Below, in pieces: positions 52,589-62,700 of a DNA stretch of 64,000 nucleotides (its first letter is position 1; each line of letters opens with the position of its first letter). The stretch lies in sequence record PP355768.1; one strand, written 5' to 3'. The notes beneath the pieces are model-generated. The model searched no databases, was not told where the DNA came from, and worked only from the letters and a program-made list of their open reading frames with translations. Position numbers and translations under genes: made by a program.

Positions 52589-53581
52589 ATGAAAATACTT
52601 TTCTCAGCAGATCATCACATCAAGCTAGGGGCGAAGAACGTTCCTCAGGAATGGCAGAAAAATCGGTTTATCCTTCTCGGTGAAAAGCTGGACGAAGTGT
52701 TTGGAGCTACTGGGTGTGACCTTCACATTATTGGTGGTGACATCATGGATGTTTCAGACCCGTCTTCCGAAGAGGTTGAACTACTGTTTGCATTCCTAGC
52801 TACCCTCCAACATCCTGGTATTATTTACACCGGGAACCACGAAATGAAATCTAAAACGATTTCTTGCCTGGATCATTATGCAGCAGCAATTAGCGACGCA
52901 ACAGACGGGCTTTGGAAAGTCGTCAAAGACTACCGATCTCCAGAGTTCGATATCATCCCTTACAGCAGCCTTCACAAAGCTAGTTGGAAGCCCAGAGTTT
53001 CAGACATTTGCTTCACGCATGTCAGAGGTGCAATCCCGCCTCACGTCGTACCAGAAATCGACCTCGAAAGATTCGTCGAACATGGGTACTCCAAAGTATT
53101 TGCAGGCGATCTCCACAGCTACAAGAACAGCCAAAAGATCGGGGATGTTGACCTGCTCTATCCCGGATCTCCGCTTACAACTTCGTTTCACAGAGAAAGG
53201 ACAAAAGGAACTAACGGAGCTTTTATCATCGATACGGTCTTGCCAAGAGACCATGAGCACTACCTTTCGTGGGTTGAACTGGGAGATCTTCCACAGCTCA
53301 TACGAAAAACTATTGAAGTCGGCGAGCCAATGGAAGCCGATGCGTATGACAGAGTTATATACGAAGTCACCGGCGACGTATCACAACTCAAAACGTTAAA
53401 GAACAGCGAACTGTTGGATAAGAAGATCAATAACCGCGTCACTAAAGATGCTAAGTTAGATCTTGATGATATGTCACTGCTACAGGAGCTGGATACTTAT
53501 TTTACAAACGTGCAGAAACTAGACGAGGCGTCTAGAACTCGCATATTAAAGAGAGCCGCTGAGTATGTCGATAGTAATTAA
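52589..53581 (+). CDS. D12: D12 Mre11/SbcD-like nuclease
   Basis: ADHH, GGDI, GNHE, GDLH and YPGS phosphoesterase motifs. Confidence 0.9.
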   Translation: MKILFSADHHIKLGAKNVPQEWQKNRFILLGEKLDEVFGATGCDLHIIGGDIMDVSDPSSEEVELLFAFLATLQHPGIIYTGNHEMKSKTISCLDHYAAAISDATDGLWKVVKDYRSPEFDIIPYSSLHKASWKPRVSDICFTHVRGAIPPHVVPEIDLERFVEHGYSKVFAGDLHSYKNSQKIGDVDLLYPGSPLTTSFHRERTKGTNGAFIIDTVLPRDHEHYLSWVELGDLPQLIRKTIEVGEPMEADAYDRVIYEVTGDVSQLKTLKNSELLDKKINNRVTKDAKLDLDDMSLLQELDTYFTNVQKLDEASRTRILKRAAEYVDSN

Positions 53582-55400
53582 TAAATTGACAATCAGCCAT
53601 TTTATGTCGTATGCTGAGAACGTGGTGATCGAATTTGATAATCACCGCGTAACTCAGTTAATCGGACGTAATGGGCTGGGTAAATCAACAATTGGTACAG
53701 CTCTAGAGGAACTTCTTTATAATAAGAACTCACGCGGTATCAAGAAGGACGACCTGTTTAACTGGCATACTGGTTCTAAGGCCTATACGCTAGAAGGTCA
53801 GTTCACTAAAGATGGTGACGTGTATAACGTCAAGAAAGTTGTGAAGTCAACCGCCAAAGTAACCCTCACTAAAAATGGTGAAGATATCAGTGGCCATACT
53901 GCAACCCAAACGTATAAGCTGATAGAAGAGGTACTCGCCTGTGATTTTACGACATTTACTAAGCTCGTATATCAGTCAGTTGGATCCAGTCTCGACTTCC
54001 TCAAGACTACGGATGCTCAGCGCAAGGCTTTCCTCGTTAACCTGTTCGACCAGGAACAATATAAGAAAGTTTCTGAACGTGTTAAAGCGGGACGTAAAGC
54101 CGTCTCGGCAAAACTGTCCGGATTGGAAGGTAGCCTGCGAACTGCCCAATCTATACTTTCCTCAAAAGCCTCGCTTGGCACACCTCAATCAGAGATCCCA
54201 ATCCCTGTTTTCGATGAAGAGCCACTAGTCGAAGAATTAACCGAAGCAAAAGTCAAGGTAGCACTGGCTCAGAAGCAAAAAGCCAGTATTGCAAAACGTA
54301 GCTCTTTGGACATGGCCGTACAAGCTGCCGAAAAAACTTTTGCACCATTTGAAAATTTACCTGCGCCCACCTCGAAATCTGAGGAACTCCTGAGTGTTAC
54401 GCGTAACCTAACGGTCGTGGCAACTAGAGCGGATGATTTGAAGAAACGTTACTACGATTTCAAAAATGCGGCAGGTAAAACTCAGTGTTCTGCGTGCGGA
54501 ACCCACTTAGACACCTCCGCCGCTCAAGAGGCCATGAGACGAACTAAGGAGGAGTATGATCCGCTCTATAAAGAACGTCAAAAGCTGGAAGCAGAAGTTG
54601 AAGAACTTAGGAAGGAAGATAGGGCGTTTAAGGATTATATCTCTAAGTTTAACGCTCTGGAACAGGCTCGCAAAAACCTCAAGGAATTTGATGAGGTCAA
54701 TGGAACGCAGGATGAAATCGTAGATGCAAGCGGATTAGCTGAACGTATCAAAGCTATTGAGTCTAGCATTCGTCAAGGCAGATCTTCGGTAGAACTTGCA
54801 AGAACCCATAACGAATCAGTTGTACGTGAAAACGCGAAGTATGAAGCTAAACGTGAGCAGATTCAAAAGGCCGAGCAGGAGTTTGATAAAATCCAAGCCG
54901 AACTGTCCTTAGTTGCGGAAGAAGTAGCGGATCTGGATATCTTAATCACCGGACTGAAAGATCTGGTAGGGTATAAGCTAGAGCACAGCGTCAAGGTATT
55001 TGAGGAGATGATCAACCACTATCTCTCTATCATGACCAGTGGTAAATTTGCTCTAGGGTTCGAGTTGGACGAGACGAAGCTACAGGTTGTCATCTACAAT
55101 GATGGTAACAGGACTTCTATGGTTAACTGCTCAACCGGTCAGCAGAGCCGTATCAATATCTCCACGCTATTAGCAATTCGAATGTTGCTTTCAACAATTA
55201 GTAAGGTTAATATCAATCTGCTCTTCCTTGATGAAGTTGTAAGTTATATTGACCCAGACGGAATTAATACCCTCGTAGAACTTCTACAGGAAGAAGATCA
55301 GCTGAACTCAATCATCGTATCTCACGGGCATACTCATCCGTACGCACATAAGATTGAGGTTAAACAAGACGAAGCTGGCTTATCAATTTTGGAGGCCTAA
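53565..55400 (+). CDS. D13: D13 Rad50/SbcC-like ATPase
   Basis: GRNGLGKS, coiled coil with CxxC hook, STGQ and FLDE motifs. Confidence 0.9.
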   Translation: MSIVINKLTISHFMSYAENVVIEFDNHRVTQLIGRNGLGKSTIGTALEELLYNKNSRGIKKDDLFNWHTGSKAYTLEGQFTKDGDVYNVKKVVKSTAKVTLTKNGEDISGHTATQTYKLIEEVLACDFTTFTKLVYQSVGSSLDFLKTTDAQRKAFLVNLFDQEQYKKVSERVKAGRKAVSAKLSGLEGSLRTAQSILSSKASLGTPQSEIPIPVFDEEPLVEELTEAKVKVALAQKQKASIAKRSSLDMAVQAAEKTFAPFENLPAPTSKSEELLSVTRNLTVVATRADDLKKRYYDFKNAAGKTQCSACGTHLDTSAAQEAMRRTKEEYDPLYKERQKLEAEVEELRKEDRAFKDYISKFNALEQARKNLKEFDEVNGTQDEIVDASGLAERIKAIESSIRQGRSSVELARTHNESVVRENAKYEAKREQIQKAEQEFDKIQAELSLVAEEVADLDILITGLKDLVGYKLEHSVKVFEEMINHYLSIMTSGKFALGFELDETKLQVVIYNDGNRTSMVNCSTGQQSRINISTLLAIRMLLSTISKVNINLLFLDEVVSYIDPDGINTLVELLQEEDQLNSIIVSHGHTHPYAHKIEVKQDEAGLSILEA

Positions 55401-55882
55401 TGGCCGTAGATAGTCGCGAGAAAGGAAAACGCGCGGAATACCAAATCCGTGATATGCTGCGTAAGTATACCTCCTTGGACTGGGAACGTGTTCCTGGTTC
55501 AGGAGCTTTTGGACAGTCTCACTCTTTGAAGGGTGATGTGTATTTGCCTCCTAGTGTGGGTAAAATGAGCCAATACTGCTTTGAGATCAAACACTACGCA
55601 GACGAGAAATTTAATAGCAATATCCTAAACGTTGGAGAATCCCAACTAGAAAAATGGTGGGCCCAAGCCGCACGTGAAGGTGAGCAAATGAACATGAAAC
55701 CCGCCCTGATCTTTAAGAAAGATCGTGGTCAATGGCTTATCGCTCTGGATAGTAGCGACCCTATGATTGATAACCTCATGAGTAGAGCACATTTCATAGT
55801 AAATAAACGTGGAATGGAAATTGTTATCGGTCTTTTTGAGCCGTGGTTAAACGCATGTGATATTGGAGATTTAGTTAAATGA
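55400..55882 (+). CDS. D14: D14 Holliday-junction resolvase-like nuclease
   Basis: KGKRAE, RVPGSGA, GD and EIK PD-(D/E)xK pattern. Confidence 0.8.
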   Translation: MAVDSREKGKRAEYQIRDMLRKYTSLDWERVPGSGAFGQSHSLKGDVYLPPSVGKMSQYCFEIKHYADEKFNSNILNVGESQLEKWWAQAAREGEQMNMKPALIFKKDRGQWLIALDSSDPMIDNLMSRAHFIVNKRGMEIVIGLFEPWLNACDIGDLVK

Positions 55883-56757
55883 GTAAATCCTGGGGAACAA
55901 TGAAACGAGAGGCAGAACAACGCCTCGCCTCACGCCGTAATCTTATGATTGTTGACGGTACGAACTTGGGCTTCCGCTTCAAAAAAGATAGTGGCAAGCC
56001 TATTGCAGCATCCTTTGCAAACACCATCAACTCTTTGGCAAACTCCTATGACGCGAAGCATACTATCGTTCTAGGAGATAAAGGGAAGAGTATCTTCCGT
56101 ACTAATATTTTCCCGGAGTATAAAGGCAACCGAGATGCGAAATACGCCGATCGCTCCGAAGCAGAAGTAGAAGCGGATCGCCAGTTCTTCGAGTACTTAG
56201 ACGATGCATTTGATCTTATAGCAAGTCAATTCCCTACTTTCCGAATCCGAGGGGTAGAAGCAGATGATATGGCGGCTTTCATTATTCAACTGATAGGCCA
56301 CCACTACGACCATATCTGGCTAATCTCTACAGACGGTGACTGGGACACTCTGTTAGCTCCAAATATCTCACGCTTCTCGTTTACTACTCGTAAAGAATAC
56401 CACGAGAAAGATATGTTCGATAACCATAACGTAGATACGGTTGATCAGTTTATCTCTTTGAAGGCTATTATGGGCGATATGGGGGATAACATTCGTGGGG
56501 TTGAAGGTATCGGTGAAAAACGGGGCTACAATCTAATCCGGGAACACGGTAGCGTGCTAGACATTATCGATGCACTACCGCTTCCAGGAACTCAAAAATT
56601 CGTTCAGGCACTGAATAAATCAGGCGAACTCATGGAGCGTAATCTAACTCTAGTAGATCTCCCAAGTTTCTGTGGAGAAGCAGTTGCCGCAGCAGGACAG
56701 GATATCTACGATCAATTTGTTAAAGACATTACGGCTATTGCCACAGGAGAAGTATAA
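55879..56757 (+). CDS. D15: D15 flap endonuclease / 5'-3' exonuclease
   Basis: VDG, YKGNR, EADD, DGD and GDMGDNIRGVEGIG motifs. Confidence 0.95.
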   Translation: MSKSWGTMKREAEQRLASRRNLMIVDGTNLGFRFKKDSGKPIAASFANTINSLANSYDAKHTIVLGDKGKSIFRTNIFPEYKGNRDAKYADRSEAEVEADRQFFEYLDDAFDLIASQFPTFRIRGVEADDMAAFIIQLIGHHYDHIWLISTDGDWDTLLAPNISRFSFTTRKEYHEKDMFDNHNVDTVDQFISLKAIMGDMGDNIRGVEGIGEKRGYNLIREHGSVLDIIDALPLPGTQKFVQALNKSGELMERNLTLVDLPSFCGEAVAAAGQDIYDQFVKDITAIATGEV

Positions 56758-57200
56758 TGCGTATTAAATTATCTCACCCCGATTGTAAACCTCACGTTGG
56801 AAGTTCGGAAGCAGCCGGTATGGATCTACGGGCCTACTTCGGAGATCGTGCTTCCGACCTACTGCGTGCCATACCTCCCGGGGAGTCATTGATGATTGAT
56901 ACCGGAGTTGCGGTTGAGATTCCCGAAGGCTGGGTAGGAATCGTGGTTCCGAGAAGTTCTTTAGGAAAACGTCGGCTAATGATTGCTAATACAACGGGGG
57001 TGATTGACTCGGATTATCGAGGAACTATCAAGATGAATCTGTTGAATATGAGTAATGAGACGCAACCAATTGATAACTTTGAGCGTCTGTGCCAATTAGT
57101 GATCGTACCTCATTATAACCCCAATGACATTGAAATTGTCGACAGTCTGACAGACACTGATCGTGGCGAAGGTGGCTTCGGAAGTTCTGGTAAGATGTAA
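56757..57200 (+). CDS. dut: dUTPase
   Basis: AGMDL, PRSS, GVIDSDYRG and RGEGGFGSSG motifs. Confidence 0.95.
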   Translation: MRIKLSHPDCKPHVGSSEAAGMDLRAYFGDRASDLLRAIPPGESLMIDTGVAVEIPEGWVGIVVPRSSLGKRRLMIANTTGVIDSDYRGTIKMNLLNMSNETQPIDNFERLCQLVIVPHYNPNDIEIVDSLTDTDRGEGGFGSSGKM

Positions 57201-57204
57201 ATAG

Positions 57205-57244
57205 AAAAACCCCAGTCGGAGCAATCCGCTGGGGTTTTGTTTTA
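57205..57244. terminator. Bidirectional terminator between early and late units
   Basis: AAAAACCCCAG-CGGA-GCAA-TCCG-CTGGGGTTTT. Confidence 0.85.
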
Positions 57245-59287
57245 TTCTACCTCTGGATCTTCTGGAAATTCCACTTCCGGGATTTCCACTTTTGGCATTT
57301 CCAGACGCAGGTCAATCCAACGACCTTGTGGTATTTCCATAGGCTCACCAGCAATAATATTACCTGTGTTAATATCAAATTTACGAGTGAATACCTGTAT
57401 GTTTAGCTCCTTCTCCTCTTCGTTCCAATCCGATTCCACGAAGCACAGCATATTACCATTGTCATCTCTTGGTAATTCGAATTTCCAGCCCTCCGTGTTC
57501 CAGCCTAAACTCCCTTTAATCGTATACCTGCCTAGTCCAGTTTTTACAGCAAATACACCTTGAGCCTCTGCGTTACACCCTACGTAGCCTCCTACAGTTT
57601 CCACACCTGTCCAGAAGAACGAATCCTCTTTGCTAGGAATTTCTGCGATGAGCTTGGCTATCGGGGAGGCTTTCTTGACAAAACCATTACCGTCTATAGT
57701 AATACCTGCTATACCGGACTGGATGTTAGGCTTATTACCTTCATGGTATAAGGCAAACCAAGGTCTTGGACTAGTTCCTGAGTCTGCTCTCAGTGAGCGA
57801 ACAAATACCCCAAGTGACGTACCGCCGTTCCCAGTATTGGAATCGAAGAATATCTGAGATAAACGGTATTGAGACTGACGAAACGTAGCTATAGTACCTA
57901 AGCGCCCGGTGGTATTACCGGGAGTATTTTTGGTTCCGGCGCCCGCCTGTTGTAACTGAACACCCCTTCCCCACTGATCATTTCCACTCTCGGTGTTATT
58001 GACGTCTAAATCTGCCAAGGCTTCGGAAGTAACACCAGCCTCAGGTGCTCTAGAGCTGATCAAGTTTATAACTGTGTCCCTACGAGTCAGAATATTGGGC
58101 TCATCAACGTTTGCGGCGGTTTGTTTTAGGTTACCATCAGCTCGCAGTTGTATTTCTGTAGTAGTAGCGCTATCTCCATTGGGTCTAAAAGCTAGGAATC
58201 CCGTAGTTTGTCCGTTACCATTGTTCCCTGAAATAACCATTGTTCCGGTATCGTTAGCTCGTATTCTGGCGCCCCCTTGCCAGGAAAGAATATGATTTTT
58301 AGTTGCTGTGAGAGGGAAGACTAAGTTACCATTCGGGGCAATTTCTACGGAAGCCACAGTATCCTCAGTACCTGCAGGGCGCAGATAGATAGATCTGTTA
58401 TTCAGTGAAATTATTCCACCAGTAGGCCTTGCGGTAAGCGTGAGATACTCGTTTCCGGAGTCACCAGTTACTCTTAAAGCCTTGAGTTTAGCCAGGCTAA
58501 TGCCATCATCAATCACTTGCGCCCTATTTACATAGATAACATCAGTATCAAAACCTGTAGTTCTCCACGCAGGGGCTGTTCCGTCCACTAAAGGTCCGGT
58601 AGGTGGAGTAACAGATATGGAACCGGATAAAAATGCCATCTTAGGGTCTCTGAAACTACTACGAGATTTGAGGTATACATCGTAAGTTACGTTGCTACCC
58701 TCTATAGTGGACTTAAGCCCCACCATAAATCCATTCGTGTTGGCCGGACCTATTACTCGATGACTAAGGAAGCTACCAATGTTATCAGCGGTTACAGAGG
58801 TTACAGGACCAGGTAGTGCCAGGGATACTATCTCCATATTATATATATCATCCCTGTTGGCTCCATTACCCGTAGCGTAGAGCGCAAACAATACGTGAAC
58901 GCTAGAAGACTGATTTGCGGCTATTGTTATCGACGCAATCTTAGCTTCTGCCGAGCCAGTCATAACTCCCAGAGGTGTTACTAGAGACGCTTTACCTGCC
59001 AAATTCTGGGCTAATTGAGCAGATGCTGCCGCATTAGTTTCTGAAGTCTTGGCTGCTGTCTGGGAATTTTTACTAGCGGTTTCAGAAGCCTTAGCGTTAG
59101 TTTCCGAAGTTTTAGCGGCAGCGGCGGATGCTGCCGATCTAGTGGCAGCATCCAGTAATTCTGTAGCAGCCAGAGAACTAACTGAATAGCCTAGCTGTAC
59201 GGTAAACTTTGGGTACTTACTTACCCTTGAGTTAGCTCCGTCAAGGGCGGTAACCTGTTGTGCAATAATTCTTGTTGTAATAGCCAT
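57242..59287 (-). CDS. ltf: L-shaped tail fibre homologue (short form)
   Basis: pb1-like N-terminus (SKYPKFTVQL) and AKTSETNA repeats; T1-like C-terminal domain. Confidence 0.8.
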   Translation of the reverse strand: MAITTRIIAQQVTALDGANSRVSKYPKFTVQLGYSVSSLAATELLDAATRSAASAAAAKTSETNAKASETASKNSQTAAKTSETNAAASAQLAQNLAGKASLVTPLGVMTGSAEAKIASITIAANQSSSVHVLFALYATGNGANRDDIYNMEIVSLALPGPVTSVTADNIGSFLSHRVIGPANTNGFMVGLKSTIEGSNVTYDVYLKSRSSFRDPKMAFLSGSISVTPPTGPLVDGTAPAWRTTGFDTDVIYVNRAQVIDDGISLAKLKALRVTGDSGNEYLTLTARPTGGIISLNNRSIYLRPAGTEDTVASVEIAPNGNLVFPLTATKNHILSWQGGARIRANDTGTMVISGNNGNGQTTGFLAFRPNGDSATTTEIQLRADGNLKQTAANVDEPNILTRRDTVINLISSRAPEAGVTSEALADLDVNNTESGNDQWGRGVQLQQAGAGTKNTPGNTTGRLGTIATFRQSQYRLSQIFFDSNTGNGGTSLGVFVRSLRADSGTSPRPWFALYHEGNKPNIQSGIAGITIDGNGFVKKASPIAKLIAEIPSKEDSFFWTGVETVGGYVGCNAEAQGVFAVKTGLGRYTIKGSLGWNTEGWKFELPRDDNGNMLCFVESDWNEEEKELNIQVFTRKFDINTGNIIAGEPMEIPQGRWIDLRLEMPKVEIPEVEFPEDPEVE

Positions 59288-59706
59288 TACGCGGTTACTC
59301 CGTCACTGACGTACACGCTCCCTTCCATAACTCTATAAGAGGTAGCGGTAGCTCCTGTTCCTTTGGTCATGATTACATCGTAGTAACCTGCGAACCGAAG
59401 TCTAGGATTATATTTATCTCGTTCTTTACTTGCTTTGTTAACTATTGTTGTCACAGTAGCCGCTGTCAATCCTAGCGACGCCTGACCTTGTGTAGCATTT
59501 ACTACTGTTACGACGAAATCTGCTAATTTTACCCCAGTGGATTCCAGAGAGTCTTTAATTGAAGACTTAAGGGTTACCCCCGTCAAATTGACGGGGGTTT
59601 CCGTTGCTGGGTAAGCAGAGTCATCGATATCCATGAACTGTAGCATCAGTCCGTATGATACGTTTTGATCAAGGATAATATCAACTACTCTGTTTTCCGT
59701 GCTCAT
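59287..59706 (-). CDS. Tail-tip collar / fibre-attachment protein (p132-like)
   Basis: 139 aa, between the central fibre and ltf as in T5. Confidence 0.75.
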   Translation of the reverse strand: MSTENRVVDIILDQNVSYGLMLQFMDIDDSAYPATETPVNLTGVTLKSSIKDSLESTGVKLADFVVTVVNATQGQASLGLTAATVTTIVNKASKERDKYNPRLRFAGYYDVIMTKGTGATATSYRVMEGSVYVSDGVTA

Positions 59707-59709
59707 TTG

Positions 59710-62700
59710 TTACCTTATATGAATGTACCCGTTAGCCAGGTCTATTTTCATTGTGTACGTACCTTCCGGATTAGAACTCAGTGCGGCAGCCCTATTGTAT
59801 AGGATGTCAACACCAATCTGCGCCAGGAACGCGTTGTTTGCAATAATCTTATCCGCAGTGATAGAGCCGGAAACGATCATATCACCGTGAACAGTTAGTG
59901 CAGGAGCTGTCCATGCTGAGCCATTCCATTGGCGAGTCCAGGAGTTCTGGGGGGAACCTGATTTATACTGAGTCAGTACATCATACTTAACTGGCGGTCC
60001 AGCGAAGGTTGACTGGAAGAACGCTGCAGCTTGAGTGTCATTCCATGCAGTCAGGTTTGAGATCGCCTGAGTATAGAACCCAGGACCGCGCTCTCCTTTA
60101 GCACCACTGCTTCCTGCCGGTCCTTGAGGGCCGGTGTCCCCTTTATCCCCTTTGTTCCCTTGTGGGCCTTGTGGGCCTGTATCTCCTTTACTACCCTGTG
60201 GACCAGTAGGACCCGTAGCACCAGTGTTACCCTGTGGACCTTGGGGGCCTGTTGCACCATCCGCACCATCCATAGACAGATCTTCGATCGCTATAGCGGC
60301 CACATAAGCGTTACCAAAAGGTGCTGCCCCACCATTCATCTGAATAAATGGTCTTGCCCTACCGGTCTCGGCGGAACCTCCGTCCGTTACCGTGACGACG
60401 GTGGAAACTAGTTTCCAACCCTCAGGGTCTTTGGCCGAAGCAACAGGCTGAGCGGGCCAGGCAGTGTTAACACTACCACTCGCGTTCTGACAGTGTAAAC
60501 CAAGACGTAGCTGGTATTCACCCTCAGAGTTGTTCACCCATGCAGTTACACGGTAGCTCATACCCTTGCGAGTAGGGAACCAGTTATTAGCTTCCATAGT
60601 GTCCCTAGAGGTGCACTGTATAGCCTTGGTGTGCCCTCCAGGAGTCCCTGAAGCTATATCCACTACCGGGCGTCCCCATGATCCATTGTTACCGGAGTCA
60701 AAGGAACCTGTGAACACTCTATCGTAACCGATACCGGGAAGGTTCTTTTTGAGAGTATAACGCTTAGTGACAGTACCATACTTAGGATGTGTAGCCGTAT
60801 AATCGACCCACCCGGAGGTAATTTCCAGCCCGTTTGGCATAGCACTAGGGGCATAATAACCACTTGACCCTATGTTGCCATTAATATTGCTCTTATCTCC
60901 CACTCCGAAAGTACACTGACTAGTAACATCTACTGTACCATAGAACACTTTGAAGTTACCAGTGGTACCATCCCAATTCTGCACGAAACCGTAGGAGTTA
61001 CACGACAGGTTAGCCGCTTCGTTAGTTAAGTACCCGACTAGAGAGTTCACCCCGTCTTGCAGCCTAACTATTGTAATGGAATCGGTTATTCCATCACACG
61101 TCGCGGTTACTGTTACGTACTCTGAGCTTCCGAACTGAGCAGAGGTTATAGTCTTGTTAGTAGCAGTGCCACCTAAAGTTATATTACTCCCTGCTTGGTT
61201 CTTGGCAGTCCAGGTTATTGCAGCAGTGGTATTCTGTCTCCAGCTATCGATCTTGATAGTACCATTAGATTTCAGGTTACCACTAGTATCGAAGCTAAAG
61301 GACAGGCTATCGGATGTTAAGGCAAAGGCTTTGGCGCTAGTACCATTTGGACCCTGCGGACCTTGTGGACCAGTAGCTCCTGTGTCCCCTTTATCACCTT
61401 TACTACCCTGTGGACCTTGTGGGCCTTGTGAACCATCAGCACCAATAGTATCAAGCTCGTTTCTGATGAACGCTGTAGCGAAGTCTCCCTCTTCTAGCTT
61501 GATATTGGAAACAACGTTAGTTCCCCCAGGGTTATTGTTCAACGACACACGTACTGAGACCCTATCACATCCAGCAGGGACAGTGAAGGACCAGCTCGTC
61601 TTACCTGCGGTCGTAGAGGCTATCCACGAGAACGCAGTAGTGGTGGTATTGGCTCCTGCCTGGATAAAGAATACGTGCATTCTCATTTCCAGTGCGCTAT
61701 CTGTGTCAAATGACATAGTGTAGCGTTTGCCAGCACTAACTTTAGTAAAGAACGTACCATCGCCACTGCTAGGAATCGTATATGCATCGTTGGCGCCAGA
61801 ACCTGCGGTAATCCGTAGTCGCAGCTCATCCGGGTTTTTAGCTACGGTAGATCCACTTCCACTAGCTCCCGTTATAGATGCAATCCATGCTTTGCTCGAG
61901 AATAGGTTAAGGTTAACCGTCTCACCGTCTAAACGAACAGGGTCTGACCAAGTTCCTTGGAGTTGGTTACTGGAGTTGAACTCACCCTTAACCATCCATA
62001 GTGGAGAGCCAGAAGGAGGAGCGTCTGACCAGTTTACTGGAGCATTCCCAGTAGGTTTAGCAGGTTTAGTTGCAGCTACTTGGAACCTCAGGGAGGTATA
62101 CTTACCATCAGCACCAACCTGTCCATCCTCACCAACTGCACGAATTGCAGAAGACCACACACCGTTAACTTGCTGACGCATGTAAATGTCGCCAGTAGCA
62201 TAGGTGGTATGCCAGTCACTAGCGTTGCCAGTCTTAGACCACTGAACACCTACTGAAGCACCTGCAGGACCTTGAGGACCTTGAGGACCAGTATCCCCTT
62301 TGTTACCTTGCGGACCAGTAGCACCAGTGTTCCCCTGTGGACCTTGTGGTCCTGTAGCCCCATCCGCCCCATCCATAGACAGATCTTCGAAGTGTATGTC
62401 AGCAACAAGCATATAGCCTAGTGAAGCTCCAGTTGTTTTGTTATCTAACTGGAACCACGGCCAGGCAATCCCCTCATCAGCAGAGCCTAGAGTTAACTCT
62501 TGATCAAAGTAAGCCCAGGAACTATTTGATGCTGGTCCGGTAAGCACGGTTCTTGAAGGATATCCTCTATTACCATCCTTACGATGAACGATAAACCCTA
62601 CTCTAAAGTGGGCTTCCTCCAATCCTATTGGGTTGTACCAGAACCGGATACGAACTTTTTGTCCACCTACTACTGGAATGGTGTTTCTACCTTCCAGGTT

